Shown: positions 17,801 to 25,621 of the stretch, piece after piece | How the letters are laid out: each line of letters opens with the position of its first letter | Numbering within the stretch: position 1 is the stretch's first letter | Assembly (NCBI GenBank): GCA_050742295.1 | Contig: JBOGID010000565.1 | Coordinates: 1 to 55,241, forward strand | DNA: 55,241 nt | Reading direction: 5' to 3' | Origin: Acidimicrobiales bacterium | GTDB taxonomy: Bacteria > Actinomycetota > Acidimicrobiia > Acidimicrobiales > AC-14 | Position numbers and translations under genes: made by a program | Notes under the pieces: model-generated | The model's database searches: none | Seen by the model: only the letters and a program-made list of their open reading frames with translations | Told to the model about the DNA's origin: nothing

Positions 17801-20188
17801 TGCGGCGCGGGCCAGTTCCCCGTCCTCAACTCGGTCACGATCACCGGCGGTACGGGTGACTCGGCGACCCTGTGCGTGAACGCAGCCCCGTCGTTCTCGT
17901 CGGACAAGACCGTGAACCCCACGACGGCGAGCGTCGGCGGCACCGTGACCTACTCGATCAAGGTGACGAACTCGGGAGCGGCGGACGGGACCACGACGGT
18001 GGTCGACGACTACGACCAGACGCACATCTCGGTCAGCAACATCTCCAACAGCGGCGTCAACAACGGGAACACGATCACGTGGGGGAGCGTGTCCGTCCCT
18101 GCGGGCCAGACGGTGACGCTCACCTACGACGGCACGGTGATCGGGACGTTCGCCGGTCCGCCAGGAGCCGGGTGCGGGCCGGGCCAGTTCCCCGTCGTGA
18201 ACCAGGTCAGCCTCACGCCGGGCAGCGGTGACACCAACACGCTGTGCGTCAACGCCGCCCCGGCGATCACGACCGACAAGACGGTGACGCCGACGACCGC
18301 CACCCCGGGTCAGGCGGTGACGTACAAGATCGTCATCACCAACTCGGGGGACGCGGCCGGCACCACGACCGTCACCGACAACTACGACCAGGCCCACATC
18401 ACCGTCAGCAACATCACCGGCGGGGGTGTGAACAACGGCGACACGATCGTGTGGTCGAACGTCGTCGTCGGGGCAGGCCAGATGGTGACCTTCACCTATA
18501 CGGGCACCATCGGGGGCTCGTTCACGGGCACGCCGCCGGCGGGCTGCGGCCCCAACCAGTTCCCGGTCGTGAACCAGGTCACGCTGACCGTCGGAAGCGG
18601 GGACACGAACACGCTGTGCGTGAACACGTCGACCACCCTGACGGTCTCCAAGTCGGCGTGCCCGACGACGGTCGTGCCCGGCGGGCTCCTCACCTACACG
18701 ATCGCCTTCAACAACACCGGCACGATTGCGGCGACCAACGTGGTGCTCGTCGACACCATCCCGACCGGCACCGAGGTGGCCCACGCCGGAGGTGGCACGG
18801 TCAACGGCAATCAGGTGACCTGGAACGTGGGGACCGTCAACGCGGGTACGGGCGGCACGAGAACGCTCGTGGTGCTCGTCAATGCGGCCAACGGAACGGT
18901 GCTGACGAACTCGATCCAGATCTCGGCTGACAACGCGGCCACGGCAACGGCAACGGCGATGACCAGCGTCACCAATGCCGGCGCGATCACGCACGGGGCG
19001 GCCTACGGCCTCGACGTCGACCTCCTCGGCATCCCGCTCATCAACGAGCTCGGACGGGCCGCCTCGGTGGCCCCGGGCTCGCCCCAGGCGGACACCGAAC
19101 AGCTGCTCGGCGTCGGGGTCCCCCTCATCGCCACCGCGAACATCATCCGTCAGACGTCGAACTCCTCGGTGACCGACCAGGCCGTCAGCACGGCGACGTC
19201 CGAAGTCCTCGGGCTGAACCTGCTGAGCGGGGCCATCACCGCCGACGTCATCCGGGGCGTCTCGCAGTCGGTGGCGACCCCGACGGCCGCCACCTCCAAC
19301 TCCACCGGGTCGTCCTACGCCAACCTCAAGATCAACGGGAACTCGATCGGCAACGTGCCTCCGAACACGAAGGTCACCGTGAAGAACCCGCTGATCCCGA
19401 GCCAGAACCTGGCCGAGGTCGTGATCAACGAGGAGGTCAAGTCGGCGACCTTCGTCGGCGGGAAGTTCACCGCGACCCACTCGGTGAACACGCTGCGGGT
19501 CACGCTGCTCAAGGCGTTCCTCACCCTGCCCAAGGGCGCCGAAATCATCGTCGCCCACGCCAACACCGATGCCACCTACCCCTCCGGCCTGGCCTGTGGG
19601 ACGGCACCGGCGACAGTGAGCGCGAACGCGTTCATCGCCTTCGCCGAGGGCACGTTCTTCGGCACGCCGATCGTCACCACCCAGGTGGGCGACGCGTCGA
19701 TCACGCCCCTGGGCGGGAGTGACTCCGACGCGGTGGCGTCCGTCCTGCTTCCCCCGGCTGCGGTCGCGGGGGTGGCGACCGACAGCGCCAGCGGGTCGAT
19801 CAGCCCGAACCCCAACGCCCAGGCCCAAGCCCGCGTGGCGGGGGCGAGCCTCCTCAACGGGTTGATCACCGCAGACGTGCTCGACGTCCAATCCAGCAGC
19901 ACATCGAACGGGACCACGGCGAGCACGACGTTCACGACGACGTTCCTCAACGTGAAGGTCGGCACGCTCACCCTCGGCGCCGTCGTGCCGCCCAACACGA
20001 CCATCGCCGTCCCGTCGGGCGGGGGCATCATCCTGGTGATCCTGAACGAGCAGATCAGGGGCGGGAACGGCACCAAGGACACCGAGGGCACCATCAACGC
20101 CGTCCACGCCTACATCCTCAACAGCTCCAACGTCGTCACCGCCGAGCTCATCGTGGCCTCGGCCCACAGCGACGCCCACCGGCCCTGA
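14834..20188 (+). CDS. Giant secreted repeat protein (DUF11/TIGR01451-like domains + seven tandem Cys-pair repeats), putative surface adhesin
   Basis: ATG 14834 follows GGGGGGA. Signal peptide MRAGLGKLFSLVAIVTSAVVFLVPPPARA/AS. About 235-aa N-terminal domain (FEIDGNLVD...). DUF11-like units (ILEYRLRYSNTGAAAATNVVITDTI; LLTYTIAFNNTGTIAATNVVLVDTIP) plus seven tandem repeats. The ~470-aa C-terminal region has an internal duplication (LNLLSGAITADVI...EIIVAHANTDA and ASLLNGLITADVL...ELIVASAHSDA). TGA at 20186-20188. No LPXTG motif and no C-terminal TM helix. Confidence 0.85.
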   Translation: MRAGLGKLFSLVAIVTSAVVFLVPPPARAASTVGSFEIDGNLVDPVAGEPIDWATPPPNLTNFTDLAASTSDDSFGGGSKELEPGQWSCTTNKAPGKDDITAGQVAFRTFGGKQFIYVDYTRAAASGDAHIDYEFNASSLPNPACPALPMRTNGDIVIAFDTENGGAQIFVRAFRWTFTGPGVGTFTELPTGSQEVTFDGAVNIPNTIPGHVAGDFGEAALNLTDTIGSVSCGQFSSVYMKSRSSTAINSALQDRTTTQPVALGDCPNSALAKAVRNVTTGTGFATSVNASPGNILEYRLRYSNTGAAAATNVVITDTIAPRQTFQSCTNGCANSSGTLTWTFPSIAAGATQDVFFRVLLDSVFPSGDTPIPNVGSVDTSQEPPKSSNTTTVTVSASAVLSSVKTVSPTTAAVGGTVTYTVKVTNSGGADATTNVVDDYDQAHITVSNISNGGVDNGNTISWANLAVPAGQTVTLTYSGLVKGSFSGTPGPNCTDGHFPVVNTVTVSGGTGSEATLCVNAAPILTTTKTVSPTSAAVGGSVTYTVKVTNSGAADATTTVTDDYDQAHIAVSNISNGGSDNGNAIIWTDLPVPAGQTVTLTYTGIVKGTFSGPPGGGGCGSGQFPVVNTVTITGGTGANATLCVNAAPNLTSDKTVNPTTATVGQTVAYKIVITNSGAADGTTTVVDDYDQAHITVSNISNGGINNGDTITWTNLLVPAGQTVTLTYDGTVKGTFSGSPGGCGAGQFPVSNSVTITGGAGDSATLCVAAAPVLSSTKSVNPTSANVGGSVTYTITVTNSGAADGTTTITDDYDQDHITPSNISNGGSSNGDKITWSNVTVAAGQSVVRTYTGTVIGTFAGSSGGGGCGSGQFPVLNSVTITGGTGSNATLCVNASPNLTSDKTVSPTTASVGQTVAYSVKVTNSGAAGGTTTVVDDYDQAHITVSNVSNGGVDNGDTITWTDVSVPAGQNVTLTYSGLVKGTFSGPPGTGCGAGQFPVLNSVTITGGTGDSATLCVNAAPSFSSDKTVNPTTASVGGTVTYSIKVTNSGAADGTTTVVDDYDQTHISVSNISNSGVNNGNTITWGSVSVPAGQTVTLTYDGTVIGTFAGPPGAGCGPGQFPVVNQVSLTPGSGDTNTLCVNAAPAITTDKTVTPTTATPGQAVTYKIVITNSGDAAGTTTVTDNYDQAHITVSNITGGGVNNGDTIVWSNVVVGAGQMVTFTYTGTIGGSFTGTPPAGCGPNQFPVVNQVTLTVGSGDTNTLCVNTSTTLTVSKSACPTTVVPGGLLTYTIAFNNTGTIAATNVVLVDTIPTGTEVAHAGGGTVNGNQVTWNVGTVNAGTGGTRTLVVLVNAANGTVLTNSIQISADNAATATATAMTSVTNAGAITHGAAYGLDVDLLGIPLINELGRAASVAPGSPQADTEQLLGVGVPLIATANIIRQTSNSSVTDQAVSTATSEVLGLNLLSGAITADVIRGVSQSVATPTAATSNSTGSSYANLKINGNSIGNVPPNTKVTVKNPLIPSQNLAEVVINEEVKSATFVGGKFTATHSVNTLRVTLLKAFLTLPKGAEIIVAHANTDATYPSGLACGTAPATVSANAFIAFAEGTFFGTPIVTTQVGDASITPLGGSDSDAVASVLLPPAAVAGVATDSASGSISPNPNAQAQARVAGASLLNGLITADVLDVQSSSTSNGTTASTTFTTTFLNVKVGTLTLGAVVPPNTTIAVPSGGGIILVILNEQIRGGNGTKDTEGTINAVHAYILNSSNVVTAELIVASAHSDAHRP
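16025..18627 (+). repeat. Seven in-frame tandem coding repeats of 369-375 bp (123-125 aa)
   Basis: Unit starts at 16025, 16394, 16769, 17138, 17513, 17885 and 18257. Each unit contains K[TS]V.PT.A.VG..V.Y...[VI]TNSG, DDYDQAHITVSNISNGG, PAGQTVTLTY and a Cys pair (C...GQFPV.N.V....G.G...TLCV.A). Confidence 0.9.
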
Positions 20189-20195
20189 TCGCACC

Positions 20196-20228
20196 GAGCA
20201 CGCGGCCTCACTGGGAGGCCGCGTGCTC
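20196..20228 (+). terminator. Intrinsic-terminator-like hairpin after the giant gene
   Basis: Perfect 14-bp stem GAGCACGCGGCCTC / GAGGCCGCGTGCTC with loop ACTGG, starting 8 nt after the stop. No clear U-tract (GTCTGTGG follows). Confidence 0.65.
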
Positions 20229-20340
20229 GTCTGTGGTCGGCAGCGGCCGGCCGTGACAGCGTGGGGACAGGGTGGTGCCAGCGCCATCCAGGACAGTTGC
20301 TCCAGACGCCGCGAACGACGTGGCGGAAAGGAGCAAGTCC

Positions 20341-20726
20341 ATGTCCGTCTACGCACCCCCGCCCCGCAGGACACCGCCCGTCCCATCGGCCGCCAGCAGA
20401 GGATCGGCATCCAGGTCCTGCTGTCGGTCGTGACGCTCGGCCTGTACGGCATCAACTGGGCCTGCATGAGCCACCAAGACATCCGTCAGCACAGCAATGA
20501 CGGCGTGGGCGGCGTCGTCGGTGGGCTCCTGTACTTCTTTGCCTTCCCGGTGACGGCGTTCCTGCTGCCCATCGAGATCCAGCGGATGTACGAGCGCGAC
20601 GGCCAGCGGAGCCCGGTGCGGGCCGCCACCGCGTTCTGGTACCTCGCCTTCGGCATCCCGTGGTACGTCAAGTGCCAGAAGGCCCTGAACGGCTACTGGG
20701 CCTCCAAGGGCGCCCCCGCCGCCTAG
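20341..20726 (+). CDS. DUF4234-like small membrane protein; apparent 5' frameshift
   Basis: AAGGAG precedes ATG 20341 (MSVYAPPP...), but that frame ends after 31 codons. The conserved body (IGIQVLLSVVTLGLYGINW...FLLPIEIQRMY...YWASKG) is in the next frame and has no start codon of its own. The switch is between 20345 and 20400. Confidence 0.55.
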
Positions 20727-20737
20727 CCCCTCGTCGT

Positions 20738-20774
20738 TGTGTAGTTGCGTACCGAATCGGTACGCAACTGCACA
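20738..20774. promoter_or_regulatory. 37-bp near-perfect palindrome (operator or terminator candidate)
   Basis: TGTGTAGTTGCGTACCGA-A-TCGGTACGCAACTGCACA. Arms match 17/18 and the core 13+13 bp is perfect. It lies 12 nt after the DUF4234 stop and 30 nt before the next candidate start. Confidence 0.5.
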
Positions 20775-20803
20775 CGCGCCTCGCGCTTGAAGGAGCCCAT
20801 GCC

Positions 20804-21056
20804 ATGAGCCAGGTCACCGCCTCGCTGTTGCCCGCCCCCGCCGCCACCCGCCATTCCCCCACCGGCCTGCGCCGAGCAATCGGCCGGCGCCACCCCGGCG
20901 ACGCGCTACGCGTCGTCATCGGGCTCGGCGTGCTCGCCGTCACCGTCGCTGTCGATGACGGCCTACACGGTCGGGTGCGAGGAGGTCCACCCCGCCGCCA
21001 ACGACGAAGGGGCACCGGTGCTGCCACCGGTGCCCCCCGACGAAACCAACATCTGA
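20804..21056 (+). CDS. Possible small membrane protein (weak call; needs a frame switch to terminate)
   Basis: AGGAG (20791-20795) precedes ATG 20804. One TM helix (ALRVVIGLGVLAVTVAV). That frame then runs antisense through the YceI gene without a stop. A neighbouring frame gives ...MTAYTVGCEEVHPAANDEGAPVLPPVPPDETNI with TGA at 21054-21056. Confidence 0.25.
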
Positions 21057-21073
21057 GGCTCGTCCCCTCAGGC

Positions 21074-21658
21074 TCAGGCCGCCTTGATGGCCGAGACGTC
21101 GAACTCCAGGGTGACCTTCTCGCTCACCAGCAGGCCACCGGCCTCCAGCGGCGCGTTCCAGCTCACGCCCCAGTCCTTGCGGTTGACGGCGGTCGAGCCC
21201 TCGAAGCCGACCCGCAGGTTGCCAAAGGGGTCGGTGGCCACCCCGGTGTGGGCGAATTCGACGGTGATGGGCTTGGTCACGCCCTTGATGGTGAGGTCGC
21301 CCGTGACCCGGAACGTCTCGTCGTCCACCTGCTCGACGGCGGTCGAGGCGAACGTGATCTCGGGGTAGGTCTCCATGTCGAAGAAGTCGTTCGAACGGAG
21401 GTGGTTGTCACGGTCGGCGTTGCGGGTGTCGATGCTGGCCGCCTGGATCGTGAGCTTGACCCACGAGGCGGACGGGTTGGCGGCGTCGAAGTAGGCGCGC
21501 CCGTCGACGTCGTTGAACGTCCCCCGGACCTTGGTCACCATGGCATGGCGGGCCGAGAACCCGATCCTGCTGTGGGCGCCGTCGAGCTGGTACTCGCCGG
21601 TGGCGACGACGGGGCTGGCCTGCGTGGCCTGAACGCCCTGAGTGGTGATGGTGGACAT
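21074..21658 (-). CDS. YceI-family (polyisoprenoid-binding-like) protein
   Basis: GGAGG lies upstream of ATG 21658. Motifs HSRIGFSARHAMVTKVRGTF, IDTRNADRDNHLRSNDFF and GDLTIKGVTKPI. Confidence 0.85.
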   Translation of the reverse strand: MSTITTQGVQATQASPVVATGEYQLDGAHSRIGFSARHAMVTKVRGTFNDVDGRAYFDAANPSASWVKLTIQAASIDTRNADRDNHLRSNDFFDMETYPEITFASTAVEQVDDETFRVTGDLTIKGVTKPITVEFAHTGVATDPFGNLRVGFEGSTAVNRKDWGVSWNAPLEAGGLLVSEKVTLEFDVSAIKAA

Positions 21659-21694
21659 CGCGAGCGCCTCCAAACTGTTGAACGATCAACCTTA

Positions 21695-22331
21695 TCAACC
21701 AGTTGACCGCTCAACTATTCCCGTCCCATGAGACGGCTTCGCAGGCTCGCGCGCGTACGTGAGAACGGCCTCCGGCGCCGCGCCCTCCACCAGGGACAGG
21801 GACTTGCGGGCCGTCAGGACGCCCGGGCTGTCCCCGTGGAAGCGGCCCGAGGTGGGCGCGCCACGTCGGTGTAGTCGCGGCCGACAGCCACCGTCACGTA
21901 GCCCCACTGCGCCCGCCGGTCGTGGGTGGGGTCGAACGCGACCGCCATCCTCCGGCCCACGATGACCTCCACCCACGCGTGGGAGCCGCCCTCCCACCAG
22001 GTGGCCCGACACGTAGCGGGAGGGCAGCCCGGCGGCCCGGCACAGGGCGAGCATGACGTGGGCGTAGTCCTGGCAGACGCCCCGCCCGCCGGCCACGGCC
22101 TTGGCCGCGGTCGTCCGCACCGTCGTGGCGTCGTGCTGGTAGGCCAGGGCGGCGTGGGTCCACGAGCACACCCGCTCGGCCAGCGCGACACCGGACCGGT
22201 CGCCGGCCGCGGCCGCCAGCTCGCTGGCGACCTCGGTGAGGAACCCGTCCGCAACCGTCAGCGGGGTCGCGGCCAGGAGCGCTCGTAGCGGAACGTCTGG
22301 CGCAGCAGGTAGGTCCCGGACTCGGCCTCAC
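21695..22331 (-). pseudogene. Transglutaminase-like cysteine protease family remnant (internal deletion + frameshifts)
   Basis: Starts ...[11 protein letters not shown] (Bact_transglu_N-like) and then stops. The core reappears in other frames: [39 protein letters not shown] and AFDPTHD. At least three frames are needed, and about 100 aa of the N-domain are missing. Confidence 0.6.
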
Positions 22332-23134
22332 GAGTCATCGGTCACCTCGTCGGCCCAGACCTCCATGACCTTGAGCTCGGCCGAGCCCCAGGTCGTGACC
22401 ATCGCCGCGTCGAGGGCGTCGCGGCCCCGGGCGATGACCACCCGTCCGATGCGGGGCTCGTTGTTGCGGGGGTCGAACGTCCACCACCGGCCGTCGAGCC
22501 ACACCTCCAGCCACGAGCAGAAGTCCATGGGCAGGTCGGGCGGCGTGACGGCGATGTCGGGCAGGTAGCCGGCCACGTAGCGGGCGGGCACGTTCAACGA
22601 CCGGCAGAGCGTGACCATGAGCTGCGTGAGGTCCCGGCAGACGCCGGTCCGAGTCTGCCAGACGTCGAAGGCCGTGGTCATCGGCCCGCTCGACCCCACC
22701 TCGTAGCGGATGTGCTCGTGCACCCAGTCGGACACGGCGTGCACCCGGGTCCAGCCCGGCTCGACGCCGCCGAACAGCTCCCACGCCTGGTCGTGGAGGA
22801 CGTCGGGCCAGCAGAAGCGGCTGGGCAGGAGGTAGACGAACGCCTCGTCGGGCAGGTCCTCGATGGCGTCGTGGGCCGCCCCCTTGTCGGCCTCGTCGAA
22901 CGTGGCCGGCACCTCGACGGTGGCGTCGTAGCGGAGGACGGACGGCCCCTCGGGCAGGGTGAGGCGGTCGCACAGGTTCCCGTAGCCGTCGACGTAGACG
23001 TGGGCGGGCGCCGGGGGCTCCCACGTCTCGGCCACGATGCGGTGGGCGCCGTCGGGCCGCGGCCGTACCTGCCACAGCGACGGCGCAGCCGCGGCGGCTA
23101 CATGGTCGAACCGGCACCCGATCCGAACCAGCAC
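22328..23134 (-). CDS. Transglutaminase-like family protein (Bact_transglu_N + transglutaminase core)
   Basis: GTG 23134 (VLVRIGCRFDH...). Core GVCRDLTQLMVTLCRSLNVPARYVAGY and ...DFCSWLEVWLDGRWWTFDPRN. The start codon is uncertain (the ORF is open to 23260). Confidence 0.7.
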   Translation of the reverse strand: MLVRIGCRFDHVAAAAAPSLWQVRPRPDGAHRIVAETWEPPAPAHVYVDGYGNLCDRLTLPEGPSVLRYDATVEVPATFDEADKGAAHDAIEDLPDEAFVYLLPSRFCWPDVLHDQAWELFGGVEPGWTRVHAVSDWVHEHIRYEVGSSGPMTTAFDVWQTRTGVCRDLTQLMVTLCRSLNVPARYVAGYLPDIAVTPPDLPMDFCSWLEVWLDGRWWTFDPRNNEPRIGRVVIARGRDALDAAMVTTWGSAELKVMEVWADEVTDDS

Positions 23135-23198
23135 CCCAGCAGTCTGGCCCAAGGCCGTGAACGCGCTGTCGCCGCTCCATGTCGGCTTTGTGAACTGG

Positions 23199-24489
23199 CT
23201 ACGAGGCGCGAGGCGTGATGAGCGGGTCGACCAGGACCGGCTCGCCGGGGGGGAGCACAACCTCGTCCGCCGCCGTCCCGCGGTCGCGGCGGGCCGCCAG
23301 CAGGCCGTAGGCCCCGGCCACGAGCGTGCCGGCGGCCCCGAGGGCCACGCTGTCGCGGGCCCCGAACGCCTCGGCGATGGTGCCCACGATGGGCCCTCCG
23401 ATCGGTGTGCTGCCCAGGAAGACCATGGCCTGAAGGGCCAGCACCCGGCCCCGCATCGAGGGGATGGCCCGCGTCTGCACGATCGCCGTCGACGAGGTCA
23501 TGAAGGCGATGCTGGTCAGGCCGACCACGAAGCCGTCGGCGTAGGCGACGGGCTGGTTGGGGGCGGCCGCCAGCACAGCCATGGCCACGCCGAAGGCGAG
23601 GGCGCCGAGGCTCACCCCGTGCACGCCGAGTTGGGGCCGCCGGGCGGTGGCCAGCGCGCCGACCACCGACCCCACGCTCAGCACCGACATCAGCAGCGTG
23701 AACGTCACGTCGCTGCCGCCCAGGTCACGGGTGGCGAACAGGGGCAGGACGGTCTCGAAGTTGAAGGCCAGCGTGCGATCACGGCCAGCATCACCAGCGG
23801 GATCCACAGCTCGGGGATGCTCCGCACGTAGCGAAGGCCCTCGCGCACCTGCCCCTTGCCCCGCGGCGTTATCGGCGGCTGGCGCAGCAGCCCGGTGTCC
23901 ATCCGCCACAGGCCCCAGAGGACGGCCAGGTAGGACACGCCGTCGACCACGAAACACCAGCCGAAGCCCACGGTCGTCACCAGCAGCCCGGCCAGGGCCG
24001 GCCCGATCACTCGGGCGGACCTCATCACGGCGCTGTTCAGGCTGACGGCGTTGCCGATGTCCTCCTCGTCGACCATCTCGGCCACGAACGACCGCCGGGA
24101 GGGGTTGTCGAACGCCGTGCAGAAGCCGCCCAGCAGGGCCACCCCGTACACCGCCAGCAGGGGCGGGTCGCCGCCGAACACCAGGGCCGCCAGGCAGAAC
24201 GACTGCAGCATGACGAGGGTCTGGACCGTGAGCAGGAGCCGCCGCTTGTCGGACCGGTCGGCGACGAGGCCGGCGAAGGGCCCGAACACGAGCAGCGGCC
24301 CGAACCGGGCCACGGCAAGCAGGCCGAGGGCCACGCCGCTGTCGGTCAGGTCGAGGACGAGCAGCGTCTGGGCCACGAGCGTCAGCCAGTTGCCGACCTG
24401 GGAGATGAGCTGGCCGCCGAAGAACAGCCGGAAGTTGCGGACGCGCAGCGACCGGACGTGTCCCGCGCCGCCAGCCGCAGCCTCCTCAC
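23199..24489 (-). pseudogene. MFS transporter (EntS/MFS_3-like), at least two frame switches
   Basis: RNFRLFFGGQLISQVGNWLTLVAQTLLVLDLT..., LVADRSDKRRLL and 12-TM-type sequence spread over ORFs 23705-24376 and 23199-23957. The switch is near 23760-23800. The only start candidate (GTG 24489) is in yet another frame. Confidence 0.7.
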
Positions 24490-24594
24490 GACCAGTTAGT
24501 TCACCGCACTAATTAGGTTGACTAACCATTTTTTTGCATGAAACGTCCCGGCCGCAGGGGCAGACTGACCATCGAACCCGTTCAAGGAGGACAC

Positions 24595-24957
24595 ATGGCA
24601 GGCGTGGTCACGCGGAATTTCGACACACCGGACACGACGCGGACGCCGGACAAGGCGATCGTCCACAGCGTGGACCTCGGCGGCACGACCGTGGGGCGAG
24701 CCACGTTCCAGCCGGGGTGGCGCTGGTCGGAGTCAATCAAGCCCATCGTCGGCGGCGACCAGTGCCAGGTCCACCACCTGGGCATTCTCCTCAGCGGAAA
24801 GATGCACGTCGCCCATGGGGACGGCACCGAGGCCGACCTGCTCGTCGGCGAGGTCTACAACATCCAACCCGGTCACGACGCGTGGGTCGTCGGCGACGAG
24901 CCCGCCGTGGCCGTCGAGTTCGACCCCACCACCGCCGCCATCTTCGCCAAAGACTGA
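24595..24957 (+). CDS. Cupin-domain protein
   Basis: AAGGAGG (24584-24590) precedes ATG 24595. Beta-barrel motifs CQVHHLGILLSGKMHVAHGDG and VYNIQPGHDAWVVGDEP. Divergent from the MFS gene across an AT-rich 105-bp spacer containing TTAGT-N7-ACTAA (24496-24512). Confidence 0.7.
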   Translation: MAGVVTRNFDTPDTTRTPDKAIVHSVDLGGTTVGRATFQPGWRWSESIKPIVGGDQCQVHHLGILLSGKMHVAHGDGTEADLLVGEVYNIQPGHDAWVVGDEPAVAVEFDPTTAAIFAKD

Positions 24958-24978
24958 CCGGTCCGGGTCAGGGGCTGG

Positions 24979-25575
24979 TCAGGCGGTGCGCAGCCAGGGG
25001 TCCTTCAGGTCGATGTAGGTCAGGTCCTCGACCAGGGACGTGAACTCGCCCATGTCGTCGCCCGGCTGGTCGGCCGTGGCCGCCTCGCCCTTGCGGGCGT
25101 CGGCCTCGCTCGTGAAGTAGATGGCATCGACGAACCGGTCCCCGTCCCACGCCCGCACGCTTCCGATCACGTCGGGGCGCAGTTCGGCCATCTTGGGCAT
25201 GAACTCGGCTTCCAGCTCCAGGAGCCGGGCCTTGTCGGTCACCCGGCCCTGCATGACCTGCACGAAGCCGGCATCGTCGGTCCCGCCGCCCATCGTCACG
25301 TCGACGTCCCGGCAATCCCGGAAGGTGACCTCGCCGTCGAAGCACGTGGCCGTCCCGTTCCACCACTCGCCCTGCTCGGGCCGCTCGCTGTTGGCCCGGG
25401 CCGCCTCCTCGCTCTCGAACCGGACCAGGGCGATGGAGGTGCCGTCCTCGGCCACTCCGCTCGTGCTGCCCAGGTAGCCGGTCGCGCCGGGCTGCACCTC
25501 CTGCTCCCAGCGGTCGAGCCGGGCCCTCAGGGCTCCGGCGTTGGAGACCTTGCCTTGGATCACCTGGATGAACAT
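24979..25575 (-). CDS. Hypothetical protein with two tandem ferredoxin-like (ABM/dimeric alpha-beta-barrel-like) halves
   Basis: GGGAGG lies upstream of ATG 25575. The two halves begin FIQVIQGKV... and FVQVMQGRV.... Each ends in an acidic ...F.SEE/SEADAR segment. Confidence 0.5.
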   Translation of the reverse strand: MFIQVIQGKVSNAGALRARLDRWEQEVQPGATGYLGSTSGVAEDGTSIALVRFESEEAARANSERPEQGEWWNGTATCFDGEVTFRDCRDVDVTMGGGTDDAGFVQVMQGRVTDKARLLELEAEFMPKMAELRPDVIGSVRAWDGDRFVDAIYFTSEADARKGEAATADQPGDDMGEFTSLVEDLTYIDLKDPWLRTA

Positions 25576-25621
25576 CGGATGCCTCCCTCTCGTTTCACCG
25601 AGGGACGCTACGCCCTTCCGG

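Noticed and set aside
16025-18627. Regularly spaced repeats that could suggest a CRISPR-like or satellite array
   Set aside because: The units are 369-375 bp, contiguous (no spacers), in frame and only partly identical. They are protein-domain repeats inside one ORF, not a CRISPR array.
14669-20482. 1937-aa ORF on the minus strand, the longest in the window
   Set aside because: It is exactly antisense to the 1784-aa secreted repeat protein. Its translation is Arg/Gly/Asp/Val-rich low-complexity sequence with no motifs, signal or RBS. Stop-free antisense frames are expected at this G+C content. The plus-strand gene has a signal peptide, an RBS and recognisable domains.
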